Shown piece after piece: positions 47,000 to 56,384 of a DNA stretch of 64,000 bases. Where the stretch lies: positions 19,210 through 83,209 of IMG/VR virus record IMGVR_UViG_3300046648_000213; one strand, written 5' to 3'. Numbering within the stretch: position 1 is the stretch's first letter; every line of letters begins with the position of its first letter. Below the pieces are notes generated by a model. That model was given only the letters and a program-made list of their open reading frames with translations. It was not told where the DNA came from and did not search any database. Origin of the DNA: a virus. The translations under genes and the position numbers were made by a program.

Positions 47000-47026
47000 C
47001 AGTAATTTGTGCTGTACCCCGCAGAC

Positions 47027-47052
47027 AACGGCAGGTAACCCCTGCCGTTTTT
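47027..47052 (+). terminator. Intrinsic terminator
   Basis: AACGGCAGG-TAAC-CCTGCCGTT-TTTT. Confidence 0.8.
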
Positions 47053-47093
47053 TGTGGATAAACGTTGACATTTCCGGCCATTCGGGACATACT
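47053..47093 (+). promoter_or_regulatory. DnaA box adjacent to a sigma70 promoter
   Basis: TGTGGATAA (47053-47061), then TTGACA-17bp-CATACT. Confidence 0.75.
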
Positions 47094-47166
47094 GCCCTCC
47101 GCTGGAAACAACACAAGAAGAAGTAGTAACGCCAACGATACTGACCAACCGTAAAGGAAAAAGAAA

Positions 47167-47952
47167 ATGGCACTCCGTAAGAACGCAACCACCGAAGCCG
47201 CAGCAAAGCCCGCATTCGAAGACATCGACGGCGACACGGCAGTCGTCGAGCAGGTCCACGCGCCGGAAGCCGGCGAGTCGACCGCAAAGCCGGAAGCAGA
47301 AGCTGCACCGGCCGCTAAAGCTGCCACGGAAGCGAAGACCACGGCTGTTGTTCCTGCCGCCGGCCGTGCACTCGCGAAGGCTCAAAAGCTGGAAACCGTG
47401 CTCGTCGATCTCGAGAACGCGATCCCCAAGCTGGACTTCGGTGTGATCCCGCGTCTGGTCGCGACCCAAGGGTCGTTCCAAGACGCAGACGGCAAGTCGC
47501 TCGGCGACGAGTTGAACTTCACCCTCGTGTCCTTCAACAATCAGTTCATCGTCAGCCCCGGTGATGATTCGGATGCTGCGAAGGAATTCGTGGCGTACTC
47601 GACTGACGGCAAAGTCATCGACGAAACCGGCGAACTGGTCACCGACTACGTTCGCAAGCTGAAGGATGACGAGGGCTACGAAGACGCAGCGTGCAAGCAC
47701 TACGTCGAGCTCGTCGGCATCCTCAACGGCTCGGCGAAGGACAGCGAGTACGAAGGGCAGCTGGTGATGATCTCGCTGTCGCCGCAATCGCGGAAGCAGT
47801 TCGAGGGTTACCGCCTGCAGCGCTCGGTGCAAATCCGTATGGGTCGGATCGACGCCGAATCCCACGGCTCCGAGAACCTCAAGCTCAACGCTGAGAGCAA
47901 GAAGATGGGCAACAACACCTTCACGCTCGTGAAGTTCAAAGCAGCCGAATAA
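47167..47952 (+). CDS. Putative single-stranded DNA-binding / replication protein
   Basis: Acidic 261 aa, own promoter and terminator, next to primase; function by context only. Confidence 0.45.
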   Translation: MALRKNATTEAAAKPAFEDIDGDTAVVEQVHAPEAGESTAKPEAEAAPAAKAATEAKTTAVVPAAGRALAKAQKLETVLVDLENAIPKLDFGVIPRLVATQGSFQDADGKSLGDELNFTLVSFNNQFIVSPGDDSDAAKEFVAYSTDGKVIDETGELVTDYVRKLKDDEGYEDAACKHYVELVGILNGSAKDSEYEGQLVMISLSPQSRKQFEGYRLQRSVQIRMGRIDAESHGSENLKLNAESKKMGNNTFTLVKFKAAE

Positions 47953-48018
47953 GCGACAGCTGCCGCCAGATGAAGGGGACCGAAAGGTCCCCTTCTGCAT
48001 AAGTAGAGGAAGACCATC

Positions 48019-48216
48019 ATGAACTCGAAGAAAGCGAAGAAGCTGCGCAAGGTCCTGAAGGCGAGCGCACTCCCTGAAGTGCAACTTGTCCAGAACCCGG
48101 CGACCGGCCAAATCCGCACGGGGCGCTGCAAGCGCACGCTGTACAAATTCCTGAAGGCACGCATGGACGTGCCGTTCGACCAAGCCCTCACACAAGCGGC
48201 ACGGAGATACGCATGA
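48019..48216 (+). CDS. Small basic protein
   Basis: MNSKKAKKLRK; GAGG RBS. Confidence 0.65.
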   Translation: MNSKKAKKLRKVLKASALPEVQLVQNPATGQIRTGRCKRTLYKFLKARMDVPFDQALTQAARRYA

Positions 48217-48890
48217 GGTTTTTCGTACTGGACACCGAAACAACCGGCGTCGGCAAGGATGACCGTCCCTGCCAAGTAGCGTGGATCGAAGTCGACGAGC
48301 AGTTGAATGAACTGCGCCGCGTCGAATCGCTGATCGATCCGCAGAAGAAGATTCCGCCCGGTGCGTCCGGCGTGCACGGCATCACGGACAAGGACGTGAT
48401 GGATGCGCCGACGATGGAGGAGTTCCTCAGTGATGTGCTGTACGACCCGTTCCACCCGCGCCAGGACCCGATCGTGATGATCGCCTACAACGCGCAGTTC
48501 GACCGCCGCATGATGGACGGCACGATGAACTTCGTGGACCCGGTGTGCTGCGTCATGCGCCTAGCGAAGAAGTTCATCGAGAGCGACGACTACAAGTTGC
48601 AGACGATCAGCTACGTTTGCGACGTTGAGCGTGGCCCCGCGCACGCGGCGCTCGGCGACGTCATCACGACGCTGAACGTGCTGCGCTGGATCATGAATGC
48701 AACGGGCCACACGCTGCACGAACTGATCGAGATTTCCCCGCAGCCGTTAAACGTCGCCACGATGCCCTTCGGCAAGCATCGAGGCACGCCAATGGCCGAG
48801 CTCCCGCGTAGCTACATCTCGTGGGCGCTGAACAACATGACGGAACTGGACCCCGACCTCGAGGCGTCCCTCCGCGCACAACTTGCCTGA
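48213..48890 (+). CDS. DEDDh 3'-5' exonuclease (ExoX-like)
   Basis: LDTETTG, AYNAQFD, HAALGD; C-terminal MPFGKHRG domain. Confidence 0.92.
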   Translation: MRFFVLDTETTGVGKDDRPCQVAWIEVDEQLNELRRVESLIDPQKKIPPGASGVHGITDKDVMDAPTMEEFLSDVLYDPFHPRQDPIVMIAYNAQFDRRMMDGTMNFVDPVCCVMRLAKKFIESDDYKLQTISYVCDVERGPAHAALGDVITTLNVLRWIMNATGHTLHELIEISPQPLNVATMPFGKHRGTPMAELPRSYISWALNNMTELDPDLEASLRAQLA

Positions 48891-48905
48891 CACTGGACAC
48901 TGACA

Positions 48906-49556
48906 ATGGAAAACACACTGAACCACGCGGACTACCGCGACGAAGTTTTGAAGACTGAGAGCAAGCCGGCCGAGCTCAACTTCGGCCCCGCAGTGCTACT
49001 GACGGCGCTGCACCTCGCCGCTGATGTGGCCGATGTCATGGATCAGGTCAAGCGCGCGATTTACTACGGTCGCGACATCGACACGGAAAAGATGCTCGCC
49101 GCGCTGAAGAGCGCGCGCGATGCGGCGCATGCGCTGATCTCTCCTATTGCGTTGGGCACCTACCGTGGCGCCAATGATGCGGCCGATCTGCCGACCCACT
49201 TCCTGCCGGAAGATGCAGCGCACCTTACGCCGGAGAACGTCAACCTGCGGCTGTTGCACGCAGGCATTGGCCGCTTCACGGAGTCCGGCGAGTTCCTCGA
49301 AGCGCTCATTCCGATGCTGATCGGCGGCTCGCTGGACAAGCTGAACCTCCTCGAGGAGATCGGCGACGGCGCGTGGTACGACGAGATCGGCCTTGACGAA
49401 CTTGGCTACAGCCGCGAGCAGTGCAACTTCGTCAACATCAAGAAGCTGAACGACAAGAAGACCGGCCGCTACAGCAAGGGCACTTTCGACCCGAACGCTG
49501 CGCTCAATCGCGACGTCGACGCAGAGCGCGCGCTGATGGCGGCGGCTGCGGAGTAA
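48906..49556 (+). CDS. MazG-like nucleotide pyrophosphohydrolase
   Basis: ESGEFLE...EEIGD..WY...NIKKL...RY. Confidence 0.75.
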   Translation: MENTLNHADYRDEVLKTESKPAELNFGPAVLLTALHLAADVADVMDQVKRAIYYGRDIDTEKMLAALKSARDAAHALISPIALGTYRGANDAADLPTHFLPEDAAHLTPENVNLRLLHAGIGRFTESGEFLEALIPMLIGGSLDKLNLLEEIGDGAWYDEIGLDELGYSREQCNFVNIKKLNDKKTGRYSKGTFDPNAALNRDVDAERALMAAAAE

Positions 49557-49560
49557 GCGC

Positions 49561-50523
49561 ATGAAGCCCCTCTTTCAAGCGGTGCTGCACGCGGTCGACG
49601 CAGCCGGCGGGGATTGGGGAACGTTGCGGAACGAGAGGGTGAGGGGCGTCGAATGGGAACGCCCTTCTTTCTGGTCGCGCCGCACGGTGCAGGGCGTTGC
49701 GATTCAAGACTATGCCCGTGTCCAACTGGACACTGGCATCGACACGGTGGCGGACGTCTACGAGTCGTTCGTCGCAGGCTACATCGATAGCGACAAGCTG
49801 CACGGCACGGACCCGAGTCTGTGGGTTTCGAACCAGCTTGGACTCACGCAGTACGACCGGCGCTGGCTCTTCCCGTGGAATCACCGGCGCAGCGCGCTCA
49901 GCCGCATCGCGCTGTACCAGCACCTGCTGGTGATCGCAGGGCTGATCGCGCAGAACTTCGCGGCGCGCGTCGAGCACATCAGCGAGGCGTCTTTCGTTGT
50001 GCACGCGGCAGACCTTGGCATGCGCTTTGGGCTGTCGCACGGGCAGTACGTGTCAAACCTCAGCACCGACGCGCGCAGGCCGCTGGCGAGCCTGTCCGCG
50101 GTTCCTGACGTGACATACGTGCGGCGCGGCCGGCTGTCGAAGTCGCGCGATGGCACGGCGTACGACGCGCTGAAGCAGTTCGTGACGACGCGGCGCTCGG
50201 TGTTCAGGGAGCCCGACGCGGTGATCGAGGCGCTGACGCTGATGCGCTGGCGTGATCGCCAGAACATGATCCCGCGCTTCTTCATGAACGACGGCGATCC
50301 ACGCGGGCCGCTGCTGGAAGCACTTGCCAAGGCGTCCGAGTTCATGCAGCACGAAGACCCTGTGCAGTACCTGTATCACCTGCTGGTCCCCCGTTTCATG
50401 CAGATGCCCGAGTTCCGGCAACGGTTCTCGACCCCGTACAAACCCATGCAGCAGCCGATCTCTGATCGCATGCAGCAAAAGTTCCGTGACGCGCTCCGCG
50501 CGATTGCGAGCGAAAGAAAGTGA
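49561..50523 (+). CDS. Hypothetical protein
   Basis: 320 aa ORF in operon with RBS. Confidence 0.7.
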   Translation: MKPLFQAVLHAVDAAGGDWGTLRNERVRGVEWERPSFWSRRTVQGVAIQDYARVQLDTGIDTVADVYESFVAGYIDSDKLHGTDPSLWVSNQLGLTQYDRRWLFPWNHRRSALSRIALYQHLLVIAGLIAQNFAARVEHISEASFVVHAADLGMRFGLSHGQYVSNLSTDARRPLASLSAVPDVTYVRRGRLSKSRDGTAYDALKQFVTTRRSVFREPDAVIEALTLMRWRDRQNMIPRFFMNDGDPRGPLLEALAKASEFMQHEDPVQYLYHLLVPRFMQMPEFRQRFSTPYKPMQQPISDRMQQKFRDALRAIASERK

Positions 50524-50711
50524 CGCAAGACGATCAAGACGAGCTCAAGCGCCGCCTGGCTATCGAGGCGCTCCGTAAGGAACATCGCGGAGTGATGAAC
50601 AGAATAGCCAGCGGGAAGACGACAGCCGACGACGCAGCATTCGTGAAGATGCTCTTCAACATGATGCTGCTACAACAACAGATGCTGGAAAGTAGAAAGG
50701 CCAACGATTGA
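50520..50711 (+). CDS. Small hypothetical protein
   Basis: Overlapping junctions. Confidence 0.55.
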   Translation: MTQDDQDELKRRLAIEALRKEHRGVMNRIASGKTTADDAAFVKMLFNMMLLQQQMLESRKAND

Positions 50712-51583
50712 ACATGACGAACAACATCAAGGGACGAATCCTTTCGTTCTTCGCGCCGGACAAGCGCGAGAGCAAGCCCGTGCACGATCGGTTCATTGAG
50801 CCGAAGGTGTTCCTGATCGCGGAGACGCGCGTCGTGCCGGACGGCATGGACGAGTTCTTCCTCGAGCAGGGCGTGCCCGAGTGGGATACCGATGCGGCGA
50901 GCGACGCCGAGTACTTGACGGAAGTGGCGGGCAAGCTCTGCTACCAGTCGTTCTCGACCGAGCTCAACAAGAATCTGACGCGCGTCGGCGCGCGCAACAA
51001 CCACGACTACATTCAGGACGGCCTGATCTCGACGAAGCACGGTTCCGTGCTCGAGCACGCCAACGTGACGTTCGTGCTCTACAACGTGAGCCGCGTGCTC
51101 ACGCACGAACTCATCCGTCACCGCCCCGGCGCAGCGTACAGCCAAGTCTCCGGCCGCTACGTGCGCAGCGATCGCATCAGCGCGTTCCTGCCGAGCGTGC
51201 TGAAGTCGAAGCCCGAAGGCGTGCAAGTGTTCGCTGACACGTTCTCGATCATGGAGCAGCAGGTGCGCAAGCTCGAGGACATCTACGGCATCAACGAGAT
51301 GACCGGGCGCGATCAGTTCGCGCTGAAGAAGGTGCTGACCTCCGCGTTCCGCCGCATCGTCGGCAACGGCCAGTCGAATCACATCATGGCGACGTTCAAC
51401 CTGCGCGCGCTGCGGCACGTGATCGAGAACCGCACGAGCCGCCACGCGGAGGAGGAGATTCGACTTGTCTTCGGCAAGGTGTACGACCTGATCGAGCGTC
51501 GCTACCCGGCGGTGTTCGCCGACGCGAAGATCGAGCTCGTCGAAGGGCTGCGCGAGATCACGTTCACACACAGCAAGGTATAA
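50708..51583 (+). CDS. thyX: Flavin-dependent thymidylate synthase
   Basis: HGSVLEH, SRVLTHELIRHR-x5-SQVSGRYV, NLRALRH, HAEEEIR. Confidence 0.95.
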   Translation: MNMTNNIKGRILSFFAPDKRESKPVHDRFIEPKVFLIAETRVVPDGMDEFFLEQGVPEWDTDAASDAEYLTEVAGKLCYQSFSTELNKNLTRVGARNNHDYIQDGLISTKHGSVLEHANVTFVLYNVSRVLTHELIRHRPGAAYSQVSGRYVRSDRISAFLPSVLKSKPEGVQVFADTFSIMEQQVRKLEDIYGINEMTGRDQFALKKVLTSAFRRIVGNGQSNHIMATFNLRALRHVIENRTSRHAEEEIRLVFGKVYDLIERRYPAVFADAKIELVEGLREITFTHSKV

Positions 51584-51593
51584 GGAGAAAAAC

Positions 51594-52169
51594 ATGAGCC
51601 TTCTGATTGGAATTCACGGCAAGGCGCGCGCCGGCAAGGACACGGCAGCCGCGCATCTGGTGCGCAACTATGGCTTCGTGCGCACGGCATTCGCTGATCC
51701 GCTCAAGCGCGCCGCGCGCGAGATGTTCGGCCTGACGCACGAGCAGACGTACAGCGACGAGCTCAAGGAAGTGATGATCCCCCATTGGGGGTACTCGCCG
51801 CGCCAGCTGTTCCAGCTGCTAGGCACGGAGTCGGGCCGCGAGGTGTTCGGTGAAGACATGTGGCTGCGCCGGTGGGCGATCGACGCCGACCGCATCGCGG
51901 ACGAGGGCAACCACATCGTCGTGACGGACGTGCGCTTCGCGAACGAGGCGGAGATGATCCGCAAGCGTGGCGGCGTCATCGTCCACCTGCTCCGGCCAAT
52001 GGACAACGGCCTCGGCCGGCAGGCATTCCACGCGTCCGAGCGCGGCCTCGAAATCGAAGCTGAGGACGTCATCATCCAGAACAACGGTTCCCTCGAACTG
52101 CTGTACTCGCGCGTCGACATGCTCGTCGCGGAAACCCTGCACCGCAGCGCGGAGGTGGCCTATGTCTGA
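51594..52169 (+). CDS. Deoxynucleoside monophosphate kinase
   Basis: GKARAGKDT, FADPLK, PRQLFQLLGTE, DVRFANE, HASE. Confidence 0.92.
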   Translation: MSLLIGIHGKARAGKDTAAAHLVRNYGFVRTAFADPLKRAAREMFGLTHEQTYSDELKEVMIPHWGYSPRQLFQLLGTESGREVFGEDMWLRRWAIDADRIADEGNHIVVTDVRFANEAEMIRKRGGVIVHLLRPMDNGLGRQAFHASERGLEIEAEDVIIQNNGSLELLYSRVDMLVAETLHRSAEVAYV

Positions 52170-52464
52170 ATTCGAACGTAACGCCGACCCGCTGGACATC
52201 GCGGCCGACAACGCTGAGCGCATCCTGCAGTCGGACCTGCACCGTCAGCGCCAGGAAGCGGCGCGCTCACTTCACCCTGCATGGCGCCGGGAACTTGCCG
52301 TTAACCCGGAAGCCGACATTACGGTGGACGTCGCCAGCGCCGCGTGGAACATCTGCGTGGACTGCGACGAGGACATTGAATCGGGGCGCGTGAAAATGCG
52401 CTTCGCCCGCTGCATCTCGTGCCAAGGCGTGCATGAGCGCCGCGGCAAACTGCTTGCCCGCTAA
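52162..52464 (+). CDS. TraR/DksA C4 zinc-finger protein
   Basis: ADPLDIA N-terminus; CVDC..I...R.....RCISCQ. Confidence 0.85.
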   Translation: MSEFERNADPLDIAADNAERILQSDLHRQRQEAARSLHPAWRRELAVNPEADITVDVASAAWNICVDCDEDIESGRVKMRFARCISCQGVHERRGKLLAR

Positions 52465-52478
52465 CTTACGGAGGAAGT

Positions 52479-55400
52479 GTGAAACAGAATTTCCATTGGG
52501 TCCTGTTGGACGTACGCAACATCGTCTGGACCGGCCTGCTGGTCGGCAAGGATGAAGAGAACGGTCAGATCGTCTCGCATCCGAACCCGGAGAAGGCGGC
52601 CGAAGGCAAGACGGTGCTGGTCAATTCGTGGCAGCACGGATTCGACAACGCGATCGACTATCTCGTCAGCGTGATGGATCAACTCGGCGTCACGCCGATG
52701 AACCTGATCGCGGTCGAAGACGGCGAGGGCGGCAAGAAATTCCGCGAGGAACTGTACCCCGAGTACAAGGCCGGCCGCGACGACAACCGTCCGCAGGAAG
52801 CCTACGAGCAGTTCAACATCTGCATGGACAAGCTCCGCGAGGTGTTCTACGAGCTCGGCATGATTCAGGTCAAGCAGAAGGGCATGGAAGCGGACGACGT
52901 GATCGCCTACCTTGCCCGCAACCTGCAAGGCCACAAGACGATCGTCTCGACGGACGGCGACATGCTGCGCCTGATCGACGCGACGACCGACGTCATGAAC
53001 GGCTTCAACATCAACGAGCCGAAGTATGGTGTCTGCCCGTTCGAGTTCACGACCCTGTACAAGGCGCTCGTGGGCGACAACGGCGACAACATCAAGGGCG
53101 CGAAGGGCTTCGGCCCGAAGGCGTTCATCGAGCTCTTCGTGACGTTCGAGGAAGAGGGCCTGCGCGCGCTCGAGCATCTGATCGTCGACCGGCAGCTGGA
53201 GCGCCTGGCTGAGGACGTCGCCGAGCTCAAGGTCCTGCAGAAAATCATCGACTCGAAGGATTCGGTCTACGTCAGCTACGACGTCGCGCGCCTCTACCCC
53301 GAGCGCGTGAACCGCCCGCGCGTGCCGTGGCAGGTGAAGGCCGGCATGGTGCAGACGTTCGATCCGAAGCGCCACGACGACCGGCTGAAATCGTTCTACG
53401 GTCAGTCTCGCCTCGTGCACGCCGGCAACTATGACGCGGCGCTGCGCTGGTTCAAGTCGGTCGTCGCCGCCTCGCCGGCGGTCGCACTGGACATCGAAAC
53501 CTCGACCGACGATGAGTCGGATGAGTGGCTCGAAGCGAAGTCGCGCGCCAAGGATAAGGACAGCGACGACAAAGGCGTCGACGTGTTCGGCTCCGAGCTC
53601 TGCGGTTTGGGCGTGACGTTCGGCAGCAACATGCAGTACTCGTTCTACCTGACGCACAACCACCTTGAAACGCCGTCGACGAAGAACCTTTCGCTCGAGC
53701 AGGTGCGTCAACTTGTCGAAGCGATCCCCGACGACAAGAACATCACCGTGCACAACGCACAGTTCGAACTGCCGGTGCTGTTCAATGCGTGGGGCAAGGA
53801 GTGGCTGGCCGCAGGCAAGGGTTGGCGTGGCTTCCTGCCGCGCGTCGAGGACACGCGCATCAAGGCGTCGTATGTCGACGAGAACCGCAAGCACAACCTC
53901 AAGGGTCTGTCGCTCGACATCCTCGGGTATCAGCAGACGACCTACGCGGAAGTGACGCAGGGCCGGAAGATGCACGAGATGACCGCGGCCGAGACGTTCG
54001 GCTACGGCACCGACGACACGATCTGCACGGCGGCGCTCAACAATTACTTCAACTTCATCATGTGCCTCGAGCACACGATCGACGTCTATTACGACGTCGA
54101 GGTGAAGTCGCAGTATCTGAGCGCGAAGGGTTTCCTCGACGGCTTCAACCTGTCGATGGAGAAGCTGCTCGAGCTCGAGCGCGCTGACGATGCGATCTAC
54201 GACAAGTCTTGGGAAGACCTGCGCTCTTTCCTGATCGCGAAGGGTTGGGAGGGCACCGTGTGCCCAAAATTCACGCCGGAGATCAGCCCTGCCGAAATCA
54301 AGACGGCGCACCTGCTGGTCACCGGCCGCCCGCTGGAAACTCAGGTGCGCACGCCGAGCAAACTTGTCACGCTGATTGAGCACAACGGCGAGGAGCTCCT
54401 CGCCCGCCTCGTCGACCAGTGCATCAAGGGCGACCCTTCGGGGTTGAATGATCTCGTCGCCTCGCGCTTCTCCGGCGAGCCCGAGATCAACCTCGGCAGC
54501 CCGAAGCAGATCGGCGACCTGCTGTACACGACGGTCGGCCTGCCGGTGCGCCTGCGCAACCCGCCGACCGAAGCGATGCGAGCGAAGGGTATCCGTGAGG
54601 GCTCGCCCCGCACGGACGACCTGACGATGCTCTACGCGCTGAAGATGGACGCGGAGTCGCTGTCGGAAGACGCGACTGCAGCGCTGAAGGCGATCCAGTC
54701 GATGAAGACGATCGAGACGAAGCGCAAGATGTTCTACAAGCCGTACAAGTATGTGCGGCACTGGAAGGACAACCGAGTGCATCCGGGTATCCAGCAGTCG
54801 GCGACGAACACGCGCCGGCACGTTGGCTATGACCCGAACGTGCAGCAGATGCCGAAGCACAAGAAGTACGAGACGATGGAGAAGCCTCGCTTCCGCGAGG
54901 TGATGATGCCGCACCATGCGAACGCCGTCGTCGTCTCGCTGGACTTCTCGGCTCAGGAACTGCGCATCATCGCGAAGGGCTCCGGCGACGCGAACATGAT
55001 CTCGTGCTATGTCGGCGAGAACAAGCGTGACATCCACTCGATGACCGGAACAGGTATGGCGAACAAGCGGGGATTCCCCGACTGGTCGTATGAGGACTTC
55101 GTAGCAGCTGTGAAGGACGAAGCTCACCCGAACCACTACGACGCGAAGGACCTGCGCGCGAAGGCCAAGCCGGTGAACTTCTCGACCGAGTACGGCGCAA
55201 TGGCCGGTACGGTCGCGGAGAAGCTACTTGTCTCGGAAGAGGAAGCGCAGACGTACATAGACGCGAAGGAGGCGATGTTCCCTGTTTCGTACGACTGGAA
55301 GAAGGGGCTCATCAAGGAAGCGCGCAACACCGGGCGGTCGTACACGATGCTCGGCGCGGTGCGCCACCTCGAGGAAGCGATGTTCCGCTCGGACAAGTGG

Positions 55401-55787
55401 ACGGCGCGCAAGGCCGAGCGCCAGGCGGTCAACGTGCACATTCAGGGCTCCGCCGCCGAGCAGACGAAGCTGTCTATGGGCCGCGTGTGGGATAGCGGCG
55501 TACTGTTCGATTACGACTGCCGCTTCATCGCACCGATCCACGACGAAATGGTGTTCTCGATCAACGTCGACCATCTGGTGCCGGCGCTTCGCCTGATCCA
55601 CGCCGCGATGACCGCCGATTACGCGGGCATGTCGGCAACGCTGCCCATTGTGTCGGAGATCAGCTTCGGGCCGAACTTCGGCGAGCAGCATGAGGTTGGG
55701 GATCACGTCGACGAAGCGCGCATCTACGCTACGCTGGCGAAGTTGGGATTCAAACAATTCGAAAAACAAGAGGAGATGGCAGCGTGA
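52479..55787 (+). CDS. Family A DNA polymerase with 5'-3' and 3'-5' exonuclease domains
   Basis: EADDVIA, LVGDNGDNIKG (5' nuclease); DIET; DFSAQELR, KPVNF...YG, IQGSAA, IHDE. Confidence 0.95.
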   Translation: MKQNFHWVLLDVRNIVWTGLLVGKDEENGQIVSHPNPEKAAEGKTVLVNSWQHGFDNAIDYLVSVMDQLGVTPMNLIAVEDGEGGKKFREELYPEYKAGRDDNRPQEAYEQFNICMDKLREVFYELGMIQVKQKGMEADDVIAYLARNLQGHKTIVSTDGDMLRLIDATTDVMNGFNINEPKYGVCPFEFTTLYKALVGDNGDNIKGAKGFGPKAFIELFVTFEEEGLRALEHLIVDRQLERLAEDVAELKVLQKIIDSKDSVYVSYDVARLYPERVNRPRVPWQVKAGMVQTFDPKRHDDRLKSFYGQSRLVHAGNYDAALRWFKSVVAASPAVALDIETSTDDESDEWLEAKSRAKDKDSDDKGVDVFGSELCGLGVTFGSNMQYSFYLTHNHLETPSTKNLSLEQVRQLVEAIPDDKNITVHNAQFELPVLFNAWGKEWLAAGKGWRGFLPRVEDTRIKASYVDENRKHNLKGLSLDILGYQQTTYAEVTQGRKMHEMTAAETFGYGTDDTICTAALNNYFNFIMCLEHTIDVYYDVEVKSQYLSAKGFLDGFNLSMEKLLELERADDAIYDKSWEDLRSFLIAKGWEGTVCPKFTPEISPAEIKTAHLLVTGRPLETQVRTPSKLVTLIEHNGEELLARLVDQCIKGDPSGLNDLVASRFSGEPEINLGSPKQIGDLLYTTVGLPVRLRNPPTEAMRAKGIREGSPRTDDLTMLYALKMDAESLSEDATAALKAIQSMKTIETKRKMFYKPYKYVRHWKDNRVHPGIQQSATNTRRHVGYDPNVQQMPKHKKYETMEKPRFREVMMPHHANAVVVSLDFSAQELRIIAKGSGDANMISCYVGENKRDIHSMTGTGMANKRGFPDWSYEDFVAAVKDEAHPNHYDAKDLRAKAKPVNFSTEYGAMAGTVAEKLLVSEEEAQTYIDAKEAMFPVSYDWKKGLIKEARNTGRSYTMLGAVRHLEEAMFRSDKWTARKAERQAVNVHIQGSAAEQTKLSMGRVWDSGVLFDYDCRFIAPIHDEMVFSINVDHLVPALRLIHAAMTADYAGMSATLPIVSEISFGPNFGEQHEVGDHVDEARIYATLAKLGFKQFEKQEEMAA

Positions 55788-56278
55788 TTAACTTCCTGAA
55801 GAAACTGTTCCGTGGCAAAAAGAGCGACCCCATTGTTGTCGGTTATCAACCTCTTCCGCGTACGAAGATGGCTCCACCACCTATGCCGCGCGTTGCGCCG
55901 GCGCGCAGCAACTCGAGGCCGAGCGCCTTCGCCGCACCGTACGGCCGCGCAGCGGCTCCTCGGTCGGGCGCAACTTCGAGCAGCACGCCGCGCCGGACTG
56001 AATCCAGTTCGGACGACTTGTCCAATCCGCTGAACCCGATGAGCCCGTTGAGCCCGCTCAGCCCGATGAACCAGCTGAGCGCGAGCAGCGCAGTGTCCGA
56101 GCCGTCGCACCGCTCGAGCCACTGTTCGTCGCACAGCAGCCACGACACGTCGAGCAGCACGACTCACAGTAGCCACGACCATTCGCCGTCGCACAGCAGC
56201 CATGACTACAGTTGCTCGAGCAGCAGCGATAGCGGTAGTAGTTACGACTCGAGCAGCGCCTCGGTGAGCTCTGACTAG
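55784..56278 (+). CDS. Ser/His-rich low-complexity protein
   Basis: NPLNPMSPLSPLSP repeat; SSHD/SSSD tail. Confidence 0.65.
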   Translation: MINFLKKLFRGKKSDPIVVGYQPLPRTKMAPPPMPRVAPARSNSRPSAFAAPYGRAAAPRSGATSSSTPRRTESSSDDLSNPLNPMSPLSPLSPMNQLSASSAVSEPSHRSSHCSSHSSHDTSSSTTHSSHDHSPSHSSHDYSCSSSSDSGSSYDSSSASVSSD

Positions 56279-56317
56279 TAAGAAAGTCCGCACAGTGCTA
56301 CAGTGCTGACACTCAAG

Positions 56318-56355
56318 AAAGACCGGAAGGGCCTCCAAGCCCTCCGGTCTTTTTT
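56318..56355 (+). terminator. Intrinsic terminator
   Basis: AAAGACCGGA..GGGC/GCCC.TCCGGTCTTTTTT. Confidence 0.75.
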
Positions 56356-56384
56356 CGAGTCCTACATGTCCCAAAACTACAAAA

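Larger units (their letters stand above)
24463..49732. repeat. Dispersed palindrome family TGTCCA-NN-TGGACA
   Basis: Further copies at 25332, 26053, 27317, 28135, 28747, 29854, 32308, 32987, 35291, 36672, 38173, 39944, 43588, 49719. Confidence 0.92.

Noticed and set aside
52479-55787. Intein or intron in the large DNA polymerase
   Set aside because: Length is accounted for by 5' nuclease, 3' exonuclease and polymerase domains; no splice or homing-endonuclease motifs seen
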